NCBI GenBank assembly: GCA_034189135.1
Contig: JAXHVO010000059.1
Location: forward strand, 7,336 to 71,335
Reading direction: 5' to 3'
DNA from: Thermodesulfobacteriota bacterium
GTDB taxonomy: Bacteria > Desulfobacterota > Desulfobacteria > Desulfobacterales > JAUWMJ01
Length of the DNA: 64,000 bases
The notes beneath the pieces were generated by a model, which worked only from the letters and a program-made list of their open reading frames with translations, had not been told where the DNA came from and made no database searches. A program made the position numbers and the translations under genes. This document shows positions 56,343 through 64,000 of this stretch, one piece after another (position 1 is the first letter of the stretch; each line of letters opens with the position of its first letter).

Positions 56343-56668
56343 GGCCGGGGGTTTCTCCTTAAAGGTTTTTGGTAAGCCGTTGCGTTTTAATGATCGTCAA
56401 CGGTTCGCCTTGGGGATGGCCTATTCGCCCGTACAAGCCTTAACAAATTATTACAGTGCTTTGCAGCCGCCCCCTATATTCTGCGTTACGCTCATACAGG
56501 CAGAGACGATCATCGCCATCGTGGGAATCTGTCTACTGGGGCTGGCTCAAATCTTATTTCAGCGAGATAGCTGCCGTACGTCAGTTCCTCGATATTATTG
56601 TTAAGGCTTGTACGGGCGAATAGGCCATCCCCAAGACGAACAGAGCAGGGATTGAAAAACTCCCCGAT
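56343..56668 (-). repeat. Family-1 palindromic element, copy C (whole element in reverse orientation)
   Basis: Arms 56403-56446 and 56598-56641 pair 43/44. The long outer arm is on the left and the short GATTGAAAAACTCCCCGAT arm is on the right. The core-to-arm relationship is the same as in copy A. Confidence 0.8.
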
Positions 56669-56701
56669 TTCTCAATTAATTATAAATACGATAAACTCAA
56701 A

Positions 56702-57424
56702 ATGAAATCAATCTGTAAAAAATTAAGTTTTTTTTCCGATAGTTTCCTGCTCAGAGGAATACTTCATATACCGTCTGCTGAGAAAGGTCCGGTTGTGATA
56801 GGATCCCACGGTCTTTTAAGCAACAGCAGTTCACCAAAACAAATTGAGCTGGCCCGAAGATGCAACGATCTGGACATTGCCTATTTTAGATTTGACCATC
56901 GAGGCTGCGGGGAAAGTGAAGGTAATTTTAAAGAAGTCACTTCGCTTGAAGCAAGGCGTATCGATATCCTGAGTGCCATTGAAACAATTCGAAACCAGGG
57001 ATATATGGGCAGCAGGATAGGACTTTTCGGGAGCAGCCTGGGAGGTGCGGCATGCATATCAACGGCAAGTGCAACTAAAATAGATTCCATGGTTGTCAAC
57101 GCAGCCCCGCTTAGAAGTCGTACGATAAAAAAGTCGGATGAAATAAAATGCCAAGCAGAATATCCAAGATTTTCCTTTGACATATCGGACCGGATTTCCG
57201 GGATTGATAATATTCTCATTTTCCACGGGGATGCCGATGATGTGGTTCCATTTTCCAATGCACTTGAGCTATACCAGAAGGCAGGGAACACTAAGAAGCT
57301 AATCATACAGAAAGACGGAGATCATTTGATGAGCAATAAGACCCACCAGAAGGAGTTCATTGGCGAAGCAGGGATATGGTTTAAGGAAAGGCTGTTTGCA
57401 ACCCAATCACCAAGATACAGTTGA
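56702..57424 (+). CDS. Alpha/beta hydrolase family protein
   Basis: 240 aa with nucleophile elbow GSSLGG, HGDADDVVP and a catalytic His region GDHLM. Confidence 0.8.
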   Translation: MKSICKKLSFFSDSFLLRGILHIPSAEKGPVVIGSHGLLSNSSSPKQIELARRCNDLDIAYFRFDHRGCGESEGNFKEVTSLEARRIDILSAIETIRNQGYMGSRIGLFGSSLGGAACISTASATKIDSMVVNAAPLRSRTIKKSDEIKCQAEYPRFSFDISDRISGIDNILIFHGDADDVVPFSNALELYQKAGNTKKLIIQKDGDHLMSNKTHQKEFIGEAGIWFKERLFATQSPRYS

Positions 57425-57458
57425 TCCCTGTTGAAGGGTGAATCGAGACAGTTATATT

Positions 57459-57797
57459 GATGGGTCGGGGAGTTTTTTAATCTCTACTCAGTTCATCCGG
57501 AGAAGCGCCCATTTGCCCGTATCAGCCTTAACAATGATTTTGAGAAACCGGCGTACGGTCCGCCTAGGCGGACTGAGATTCGATTTGAACCAGCCCCAAA
57601 GGATAGAACCTCACGGCAGCGTTAATCATCTCTGCCTGTATGGATTTAATTGAGAAGATAGGGGGCGTGTACAGAGTGCTGGAATTATTTGTTAAGGCTG
57701 ATACGGGCAAATGGGCGCTTCTCCGGATGAACCTCTATCAACCATTAAATAACAAACAATTCACCAAAAATGCCATTAATAAGAAACTCCCCGATGC
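57459..57797 (+). repeat. Family-1 palindromic element, copy D
   Basis: Arms 57491-57534 and 57689-57732 pair 44/44. The core is about 90% identical to copy A. It fills the convergent gap between the hydrolase gene and cinA. Confidence 0.85.
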
Positions 57798-57814
57798 CTC
57801 AGTTATGCTATTCT

Positions 57815-59062
57815 TTAAGCGCGTAAGAGCTCTTTCCGTAACAGGTCGAGTGCGGTCATGGCAAAGATTTTTTTATTCATTGGGCGATTGAAAGATGAAA
57901 AATGAAAGCGATGTGCGTAGACAGTGTCAGGGGTTGCCACACCGATACAGACTGTTCCCACAGGTTTGCTTTCAGTCCCGCCGTCAGGGCCGGCAATACC
58001 TGTGGTTGAAAGACCGTAAGTTGCATTAGAGATCCGCCGTGCACCTTTTGCCATCTCTTTTGCCGTCTCTTCATGTACGGCACCGTTTTTTTCCAGTGTA
58101 GAAGGGGAAACGCCAAGAACTTTTATTTTAGCATTATTTGAATAGGTGACTCCTGAAAAAAGAAAAAAATCGGAGCTGCCTGAAACATTGGTAACCAGGT
58201 GAGATATAAGACCGCCTGTGCAGCTTTCAGCAATCGCTACAGTGGCCTTTTTCTCAACCAGAAGATCAGCGACCACCCTTTCCATGGATTTACCGTTAAT
58301 AGACACTATCCTTTGGCCGAATTTGTGTGATATCCAGTCAGTTGCCTTGTCCAATAATTCATTCAGGTCATTTTCATCTTTTCCGGTTCCATAAAGTTTT
58401 ACCTGAATGACCGGGAAGTTCGCGCGCAAGCCCAGTTTCAGTTGTTTAAAAAGATTGGGAAAATCAGAAAGTTTTTCATTTACCGCCGCTTCAGTGAGGC
58501 CGAAGGTTGGGATCATCCTGTTTCGACAATAAGTTCTTATTTTTCCCTGAAGTTTTTCAATTCGAGGCAATACTTTATCCAAAAGCATTTTTCGCATTTC
58601 CGGCGGAACACCGGGAAGAAAGAAAAAAAGGCACTTATTTATTTTTAAAGAAAATCCCGGAGCCGAACCGATTGGATTGAATAAGCAATCGGATCCCTTT
58701 GGAAGCATGGCCTGTTTTTTGTTTGATGAAGTAAAAAGGCGTTTTCGGATTTTAAAAAAATTTTCAACGGAGTTTAAAGCTTCCTGGTTGATCACCAGGT
58801 TTACTCCGGCGGCTTTGGCTGCGACCTCGGAAGTTAAATCATCCGACGTGGGACCCAGACCGCCTGTTACAATGCATATGTCAGTGCGGCTGCCTATTTC
58901 TCTGAGGATGGCGGTGAGGATATGCGGGTCATCTCCCACACAACTGTGTCTGATCACGGCTATCCCTTTTTCTTCAAGCTTTTGTGAAATATGAGCTGAG
59001 TTGCTGTCAATCAGGGCGCCGGATCTGATTTCATCACCGGTTGCCAGAATTTCCGCTTTCAT
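57815..59062 (-). CDS. cinA: CinA family protein (MoCF-binding domain plus NMN amidohydrolase PncC domain)
   Basis: MKAEILATGDEIRSGALIDSN and VTGGLGPTSDDLT in the N-domain. ESCTGGLI in the C-terminal domain. Confidence 0.9.
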   Translation of the reverse strand: MKAEILATGDEIRSGALIDSNSAHISQKLEEKGIAVIRHSCVGDDPHILTAILREIGSRTDICIVTGGLGPTSDDLTSEVAAKAAGVNLVINQEALNSVENFFKIRKRLFTSSNKKQAMLPKGSDCLFNPIGSAPGFSLKINKCLFFFLPGVPPEMRKMLLDKVLPRIEKLQGKIRTYCRNRMIPTFGLTEAAVNEKLSDFPNLFKQLKLGLRANFPVIQVKLYGTGKDENDLNELLDKATDWISHKFGQRIVSINGKSMERVVADLLVEKKATVAIAESCTGGLISHLVTNVSGSSDFFLFSGVTYSNNAKIKVLGVSPSTLEKNGAVHEETAKEMAKGARRISNATYGLSTTGIAGPDGGTESKPVGTVCIGVATPDTVYAHRFHFSSFNRPMNKKIFAMTALDLLRKELLRA

Positions 59063-59130
59063 TTTTAGTAATCGTCCGGGGGTTTATGGCAAACATTAAA
59101 AAAGTTCATGGGTCCAAGGGTCACGGCTAT

Positions 59131-59950
59131 AGTAATTCTCATAAATATGTTCCGTTTTAAATGAGGAAACTGTCTGAGTGTATTAGAAATCGTTAAGAAA
59201 GAACATAAGTGCAATATGGTTAATTTATTGTAGAAGTTGTCATACTGAAATTAATTACTCAAGTTTCGCACCCCGGTTTGGCTGAAAGTAATGCCCTGAC
59301 TTCAGGTAACATATAAAATCAGATGTGAATCGAAACGGTTATATTTTTTTCTGTAAGGGGATATGTGGGTCATCTATTACCCCTTTTCGCAGTGTCCGGA
59401 TATTTGGGATAGACCATCCCTTTTATATTGTTTAGCAACGGATAGACTTTATCCCAACTATCCGGACACGCTGCAACCGATTCAATTCATGTCCCCTGGA
59501 AGAAAATAATATAACCCTAAATGAGCGTAAACAAAACTGAGAACTTGTATAAAACACCTCATTTATAGCTTTTTTTAAGCGACAAGCGGCTTGCTTGCAA
59601 CTCTTGCATCAGTGAAATATAAATTATCAAAAAACCACTCAATTTTTTTACCCTGCTGGAAAGCCGATGATACTCCATCTTCATCGTTGCCAAGGGCTCG
59701 CAGTAAATTACTACGGCTTCGCCCTTGGACGCCTTGAATCTGGGGCACCCTCGATTTTCGCTCAATTAGGGTATAACTGTCTCGATTCACACCCTTAACA
59801 CCAATCGGCGCTTTAACAATTCCGGCTCCACCGCAGATAAGGGGTGCGAAACTTGAGTAATTATAATAAGAAAGATAGTTCTTTCTTTACGATTTCTTAT
59901 ATACGAGTTTTTCATCGTTTAAAACGGAATATATTTATTAGAAACAGTAT
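59131..59950. repeat. Nested inverted-repeat non-coding island
   Basis: Outer IR 59131-59274 faces 59841-59950, including an exact 23-nt TTAATTACTCAAGTTTCGCACCCC / GGGGTGCGAAACTTGAGTAATTA pair. Inner IR is GTGAATCGAAACGGTTATA (59326) versus TATAACTGTCTCGATTCAC (59771-59789). The central hairpin is at 59389-59474. No credible ORF. Confidence 0.75.
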
Positions 59951-60055
59951 ATTCAGCACCGCATCTGTTTCCTGTCCACATTCGATGTTCGGTTTTTGTA
60001 ATTTTCTCTTCTTTACCTGCTGCTGTACGGGACATTTCCTTCTTTTGCCTTGGGA

Positions 60056-60835
60056 CTATTTTTTCGGCGGAGATAAAACAAACATGGATGGAGAAACCTC
60101 CACATCAGCCAGATACCTTTCAATATCAAGCATAAAGCCGGAGCCATCATTATTTGAAATGACCAGCTTTAAGGGCACTTGATAGCCTTTAATATGCTGC
60201 ATCGTTTTAAATGCTGCGCGATATTTGAGAGAGCCAGCCGGTTTGAATATCTCAATCGCTTGGATATCTGACTTGTTTTCCTCCAGATAAATTTTTTCAA
60301 CCGTCCCCTGCCATCTTTTCTTTAATACCAGTATATAGCCTTTTTCCGATTTGTTTTTTATTAAATCGGCTGAGGTGTGTTTGTAAATGGGTATGCGGCC
60401 GGATAGGAGGGAAACCACATCGCTGGATCGAATCGGGATGGAAACCAGACGATCAAGACTGGCATCGGTTGAGCGGATTTTTTTAAAAAACGGCGGGTGG
60501 GTGGTTAAATCAAGATAATAAAGAAAACTTCCATCCGTTGATAATTTAATTACAGGATGCCTGGAAGCCAGAACAACAATCCGTAAACTGGCCGGATTGG
60601 CACCTGCCCACGCCACACGTTCATGTATTCCGGGGTTATCATTTTGCCACAGCCTTATGCTACCGATGCCTTTAAAGGTTTTAAGATTTTGATTTTTTGT
60701 GTTCAGAGACGAAAGCAGGTTGGCAGCTTCAACCTGATCTGCTGATTTTTCCGGTATGCTGACGGTAAGGCTTGTGCAGGAAGAAAAAAGCAAACAGGCG
60801 GCAGCAAGGGAAAATATTAAAGGTGTAAACTTCAT
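60056..60835 (-). CDS. LolB-like / DUF4292-type outer-membrane lipoprotein
   Basis: Lipobox LLFSSC. The roughly 240-aa beta-rich body lies downstream of the TPR lipoprotein gene. The family name is an inference. Confidence 0.6.
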   Translation of the reverse strand: MKFTPLIFSLAAACLLFSSCTSLTVSIPEKSADQVEAANLLSSLNTKNQNLKTFKGIGSIRLWQNDNPGIHERVAWAGANPASLRIVVLASRHPVIKLSTDGSFLYYLDLTTHPPFFKKIRSTDASLDRLVSIPIRSSDVVSLLSGRIPIYKHTSADLIKNKSEKGYILVLKKRWQGTVEKIYLEENKSDIQAIEIFKPAGSLKYRAAFKTMQHIKGYQVPLKLVISNNDGSGFMLDIERYLADVEVSPSMFVLSPPKK

Positions 60836-60867
60836 TGGGCATTTAAAAATTACTGTAATTAGTTACG

Positions 60868-60995
60868 GAATGTTGAAATTTGGAAATTTGGCTTTAATGC
60901 TTTGGTGCGATTAATAAACGCATCCACCTGGTAAACTCACTTCATTTCTCCCCAATTGTTTTTTTCAGTTTCATGTTACAAGCCGTGAGTGGCTA
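60868..60995 (-). repeat. Family-2 GAAA-rich repeat, copy 2c (divergent, with an insertion)
   Basis: The reverse complement reads ...CACGGCTTGTAACATGAAACTGAAAAAAACAATTGGGGAGAAATGAAGTGAGTTTACC...AAGCCAAATTTCCAAATTTCAAC. It shares the conserved blocks of copy 2a. Confidence 0.55.
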
Positions 60996-61034
60996 AAAAA
61001 TATTTTACGGTTTCCAATTTCCGTTTTATTTGGA

Positions 61035-62777
61035 TTAGGGCTTTTCTTTGGTCAGTGCTTTAATTTTTTTTTCAAGCTGCGTTTTATCTTTTTTCTTATT
61101 TTTTAAAGAACGTTGGTAAAATTTAAGTGCATTGACCCGATCGTTGGTTTTAAGATAAGCATCTCCAAGATGTTCCAGCATAATCGGGTCATCGGGAACC
61201 AGTTCCACGGCTTTTGTTAAAAAATGTATGGCTTGGTCAAACAGCCCCTTTTTAAAATAGACCCATCCCAGGCTGTCGGTAATGTATCCGTCATCAGGTT
61301 TATATTTTAATGCTTGTTTAATCAGGCGCTCAGCTTCATCAAGGTTTATTCCCAAATCCGCATAGGTATAACCAAGATAGTTCAATGCATTTGCATGTTC
61401 CGGGTTAAGCTTTATGACCGCCTTCATTGCTTTAATGGAATCTTCTTTTTTGTTCCATTTATCATAGACCACACCCAGGCGAAAAAGAAACTTTTCCTCG
61501 CCGGGGGAAATCTCAATGGCTTTTTTAAGGGTGGTTTCAGCCGCTGTGAAATTTTGGATATCTTCATAAAATGTAGAAAGATAATATAACAATTCAGCAT
61601 CATCAGGCGTCTTATTAATGGCTTGTTTTAAATGATCGATGGCCTTTTGAATATCTCCATTTTCCTGGTACAGGTAAGCGATATGCAAGATTGCATCCTG
61701 GTAAAATCTGGAATCGGATGTGACCTTTTTAAAGTGCATCATTGCTTTATCATTATCTTTTTTGCCGTAAAAAGCGATTCCTGCAATATGGTGTATGTTG
61801 GGGTTGTCCGGGGCGCCTGTAAGCATTCCTTCCAGAATAATTGTGGCGGTACCATACTTTTTTTTATCTATATAAAGTTGTAAGATATTTAATATTATAG
61901 CGAATTTGGACTTGCTCCTTTTCCCCAGATCGGCAAATAGCTTTTGCGCCTCATTCACTTTTCCTTTTTCATGGCAATAAACACCAAGTTCTAAAGTGGC
62001 ACGGATATTATCCGGATTTTTTTTCAAGATATCTTTATAAATGTTATAAATTTTTTCAGTATCCTGTTTTTTCCCTTGGGTGCGGTAAAGGTTCAGTAGC
62101 TCGAATTTTGGCTCTACCGATTCCGGTTGCAGGGATAGGGCCTTTTTAAGCTGTTTTTCGGCTTCTTTAAAATTGCCTTGCTGGGAGTGGATTTTTCCCA
62201 GGAAAAATCGACCCGGATACGAGGCAGGAAAATGATGAACGAGCTGTCGGAAAACACTGAGTGCTTCAGACATTTCATTATCTTTTATATATAGCCCTCC
62301 AAGAATCAAATATATATTTTCCCTGCGGCTATCAATTTGGATCACTTTTTTATAGGCTGCTTTTGCCGCAACGGTACTTTTTAGGTTGTGATGGATTTTC
62401 CCTGAAAGAATAAGTGTTTCAACATCGTCAGGATAACTTTGAAGAATTTTGTTTATTATTGCCAAGGCCTTATGTTTATTGTTTTTCTGCGCATAGAACA
62501 ACGCAAGTTCCCTTTTAAGATACACAGAGTCGGGGTCAATGCGGATCGCTTTCTCCAAGTATTCGATTGCTGTGTCAAAGTTCCCTTTTTTGCGTGCGAT
62601 TTGTGATTTGGTAAAAAAATAGTAGCTACTGTCAGGTGCGTAAGAGGCAGGTGGCTTTTGTAAAGAAGGTGGTGCTTTCTTTTCAACAGATGTACACGCT
62701 GAATAAAAGGAGATCATTATGATAATAATGATAAATACAAATATATTGTTTTTCATTTTACATTTAATTCCTGTCAT
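61035..62777 (-). CDS. Tetratricopeptide-repeat (TPR) lipoprotein
   Basis: Many TPR units, such as AIEYLEKAIRIDPD and ALKFYQRSLK. N-terminal signal with FYSAC. The start may be the ATG at 62756. Confidence 0.85.
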   Translation of the reverse strand: MTGIKCKMKNNIFVFIIIIIMISFYSACTSVEKKAPPSLQKPPASYAPDSSYYFFTKSQIARKKGNFDTAIEYLEKAIRIDPDSVYLKRELALFYAQKNNKHKALAIINKILQSYPDDVETLILSGKIHHNLKSTVAAKAAYKKVIQIDSRRENIYLILGGLYIKDNEMSEALSVFRQLVHHFPASYPGRFFLGKIHSQQGNFKEAEKQLKKALSLQPESVEPKFELLNLYRTQGKKQDTEKIYNIYKDILKKNPDNIRATLELGVYCHEKGKVNEAQKLFADLGKRSKSKFAIILNILQLYIDKKKYGTATIILEGMLTGAPDNPNIHHIAGIAFYGKKDNDKAMMHFKKVTSDSRFYQDAILHIAYLYQENGDIQKAIDHLKQAINKTPDDAELLYYLSTFYEDIQNFTAAETTLKKAIEISPGEEKFLFRLGVVYDKWNKKEDSIKAMKAVIKLNPEHANALNYLGYTYADLGINLDEAERLIKQALKYKPDDGYITDSLGWVYFKKGLFDQAIHFLTKAVELVPDDPIMLEHLGDAYLKTNDRVNALKFYQRSLKNKKKDKTQLEKKIKALTKEKP

Positions 62778-62806
62778 ATTTTTAAGCTTCTATCCGGAAA
62801 AGGCGG

Positions 62807-63790
62807 CTATTTTTTTGGTTTTTTATACAAATATGAAGCAAAGTCGGGGATTTCTTTTTTAAAAAAATCCCTAATTTTCTTTATAATATTATTTTCCACC
62901 TGACGAACACGCTCTCTCGATATTCCATAACGATCTCCTATTTCCTGTAATGTAACCGGGCTGTCTGAGAAGATTCGCAGATCGAATATTTCCATCTCTC
63001 TTTCAGTCATCTCTTTTCTGAATTCAGAAATTTTATTGTGAAGGAGGGTTTCAATCTGCTTTTTGGCCACCTGGTCTTCGATGGAATCAGAATCAGGGGT
63101 GATAAATTCAATTCTTTCTGTATCAGATTCATCTTTATAAGGTGCGTCCAGGGATAGGTCCCAACCGTCAAGCCGCTGTTCCATATCCAGGATTTCTTTT
63201 TCGGTCACTCCCAGATTTTGGGAAAGGAGTTTGGGCTTAGGATCAAACCCCTGATCAATCAGTTTTTGCTTTTCTTTTTTCAGTTTAAAAAACAGTTTTC
63301 GCTGGCCTTGAGTGGTACCAATTTTGACCAGGCGCCAGTTGTCCATAATAAATTTAAGAATATATGCCTTAATCCAGAAAGAGGCATAATAAGAAAATTT
63401 TACATTCTTGTAGGGATCGAATTTCCTGACCGCATGTATCAGGCCGATATTTCCTTCCTGAATAAGATCTAAAAGATTTTGCATCCAGACTCTTTGAAAA
63501 TCGAGTGCAATTTTTACAACCAGTCTTAAATTGGAGGTGACCAGAGCATAGGCAGCCTGTCTGTCTCCATGCTCCTGAACTGCAATGCCGTATTCTTTTT
63601 CCTGCTCACGGGTGAGGAGTTTGTAGCTGCTGATCTCCGCCAGGTATCGCTGAAGGGGGTCAAACTTTACTATCGCCTTATCCGTTTTTTTAGGAATTTT
63701 ATTTGAAGCTTTAGCTTTTTTTTGAGAGGAAGGATCTTTTTTTAAAGCGGTTTGCTTATTTTTTTTCTTATTTACGATTTTTTTACTCAT
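62807..63790 (-). CDS. rpoH: RNA polymerase sigma factor, RpoH (sigma32)-like
   Basis: RpoH-box-like QRKLFFKLKKEK, region 2 FDPYKNVKFSYYASFWIKAYI, and region 4 LQEIGDRYGISRERVRQVENNIIKKIR. About 40 aa of Lys-rich N-terminal extension. Confidence 0.75.
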   Translation of the reverse strand: MSKKIVNKKKNKQTALKKDPSSQKKAKASNKIPKKTDKAIVKFDPLQRYLAEISSYKLLTREQEKEYGIAVQEHGDRQAAYALVTSNLRLVVKIALDFQRVWMQNLLDLIQEGNIGLIHAVRKFDPYKNVKFSYYASFWIKAYILKFIMDNWRLVKIGTTQGQRKLFFKLKKEKQKLIDQGFDPKPKLLSQNLGVTEKEILDMEQRLDGWDLSLDAPYKDESDTERIEFITPDSDSIEDQVAKKQIETLLHNKISEFRKEMTEREMEIFDLRIFSDSPVTLQEIGDRYGISRERVRQVENNIIKKIRDFFKKEIPDFASYLYKKPKK

Positions 63791-63852
63791 GGCAGCTTAT
63801 ACATTTATTATAGACACTGGAAAAATAATATGATAATTTGTTAAATAAAAAT

Positions 63853-63929
<77 letters not shown>

Positions 63930-64000
63930 ACTAAAATGAAACCGGATCTTCCAAAAGTATCGTTTCATAAAGGTCTCAAATCCAGCAGGTAAAGATCGGG

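Noticed and set aside
59841-59863. GGGGTGCGAAACTTGAG superficially resembles a tmRNA 5' end (GGGG...UUCGAC).
   Set aside because: There is no tRNA-like 3' end (no TPsiC arm or CCA), tag reading frame or pseudoknot region nearby. The same 23-mer is simply the partner of the inverted repeat at 59251-59274.
59559-60182. Track ORFs 59559-59765 (-), 59575-59790 (-) and 59844-60182 (+), and a 50-aa ORF I noticed at 59363-59515 (+), all in the 1-kb gap.
   Set aside because: They are low-complexity or odd-composition peptides that overlap inverted repeats and hairpins. They have non-ATG or RBS-poor starts, and 59844-60182 overlaps the LolB-like gene's 3' end on the other strand. They are treated as non-coding.
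63987-64000. The window ends in AAAGATCGGG, resembling the GATCGGGGAG start of family-1 elements, next to a tRNA gene.
   Set aside because: Only 7 nt match before the sequence ends, so the two cannot be distinguished.

Overview
This 64-kb window looks like a delta-proteobacterial (Desulfobacterales-like, about 40% GC) motility and chemotaxis region; the taxon is an inference. The + strand from 0.1 to 45.3 kb carries a nearly complete flagellar regulon. It runs fliHIJ, fliK, flgDE, fliLMNOPQR, flhBAFG, fliA, flgFGAHI, a rod-binding flgJ-like gene, flgMN and flgKL. A chemotaxis operon (cheA-cheR-cheD-HDOD-cheY-cheX-cheB) sits between flgN and flgK. A second che/MCP block follows: cheD paralog, cheW, two MCPs, a GGDEF protein, a frameshifted FadL-like outer-membrane gene and a second HDOD gene. 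The - strand from 45.4 to 63.8 kb carries PilZ and receiver genes, a U32 peptidase, rfbDC, a CDF transporter, feoAB, rlmD, cinA, LolB-like and TPR lipoproteins and rpoH. One + strand hydrolase gene lies between rlmD and cinA. A tRNA-Arg(UCU) lies at the right edge. Seven sigma54-type (GG-N10-GC) and three sigma28-type (TAAA-N15/16-CCGATA) promoter candidates are readable. No rRNA, CRISPR array, transposase or integrase is present. The most unusual content is non-coding. (1) A four-copy palindromic element of about 335 bp has co-varying 44-bp arms, and its core is inverted in one copy. (2) A predicted sigma54-driven small RNA of about 88 nt has two anti-Shine-Dalgarno motifs and sits next to that flipped copy. 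(3) A GAAA-rich repeat always lies inside operon gaps and is co-oriented with transcription. (4) A nested inverted-repeat island of about 0.8 kb fills a 1-kb gene-free gap. Protein-level oddities are an FlhF with an Ada-type zinc-finger tail and a CheA carrying an MshEN-like (c-di-GMP receptor-like) tandem motif where P2 normally sits. All functional calls rest on motif reading of the translations. No database search was run.
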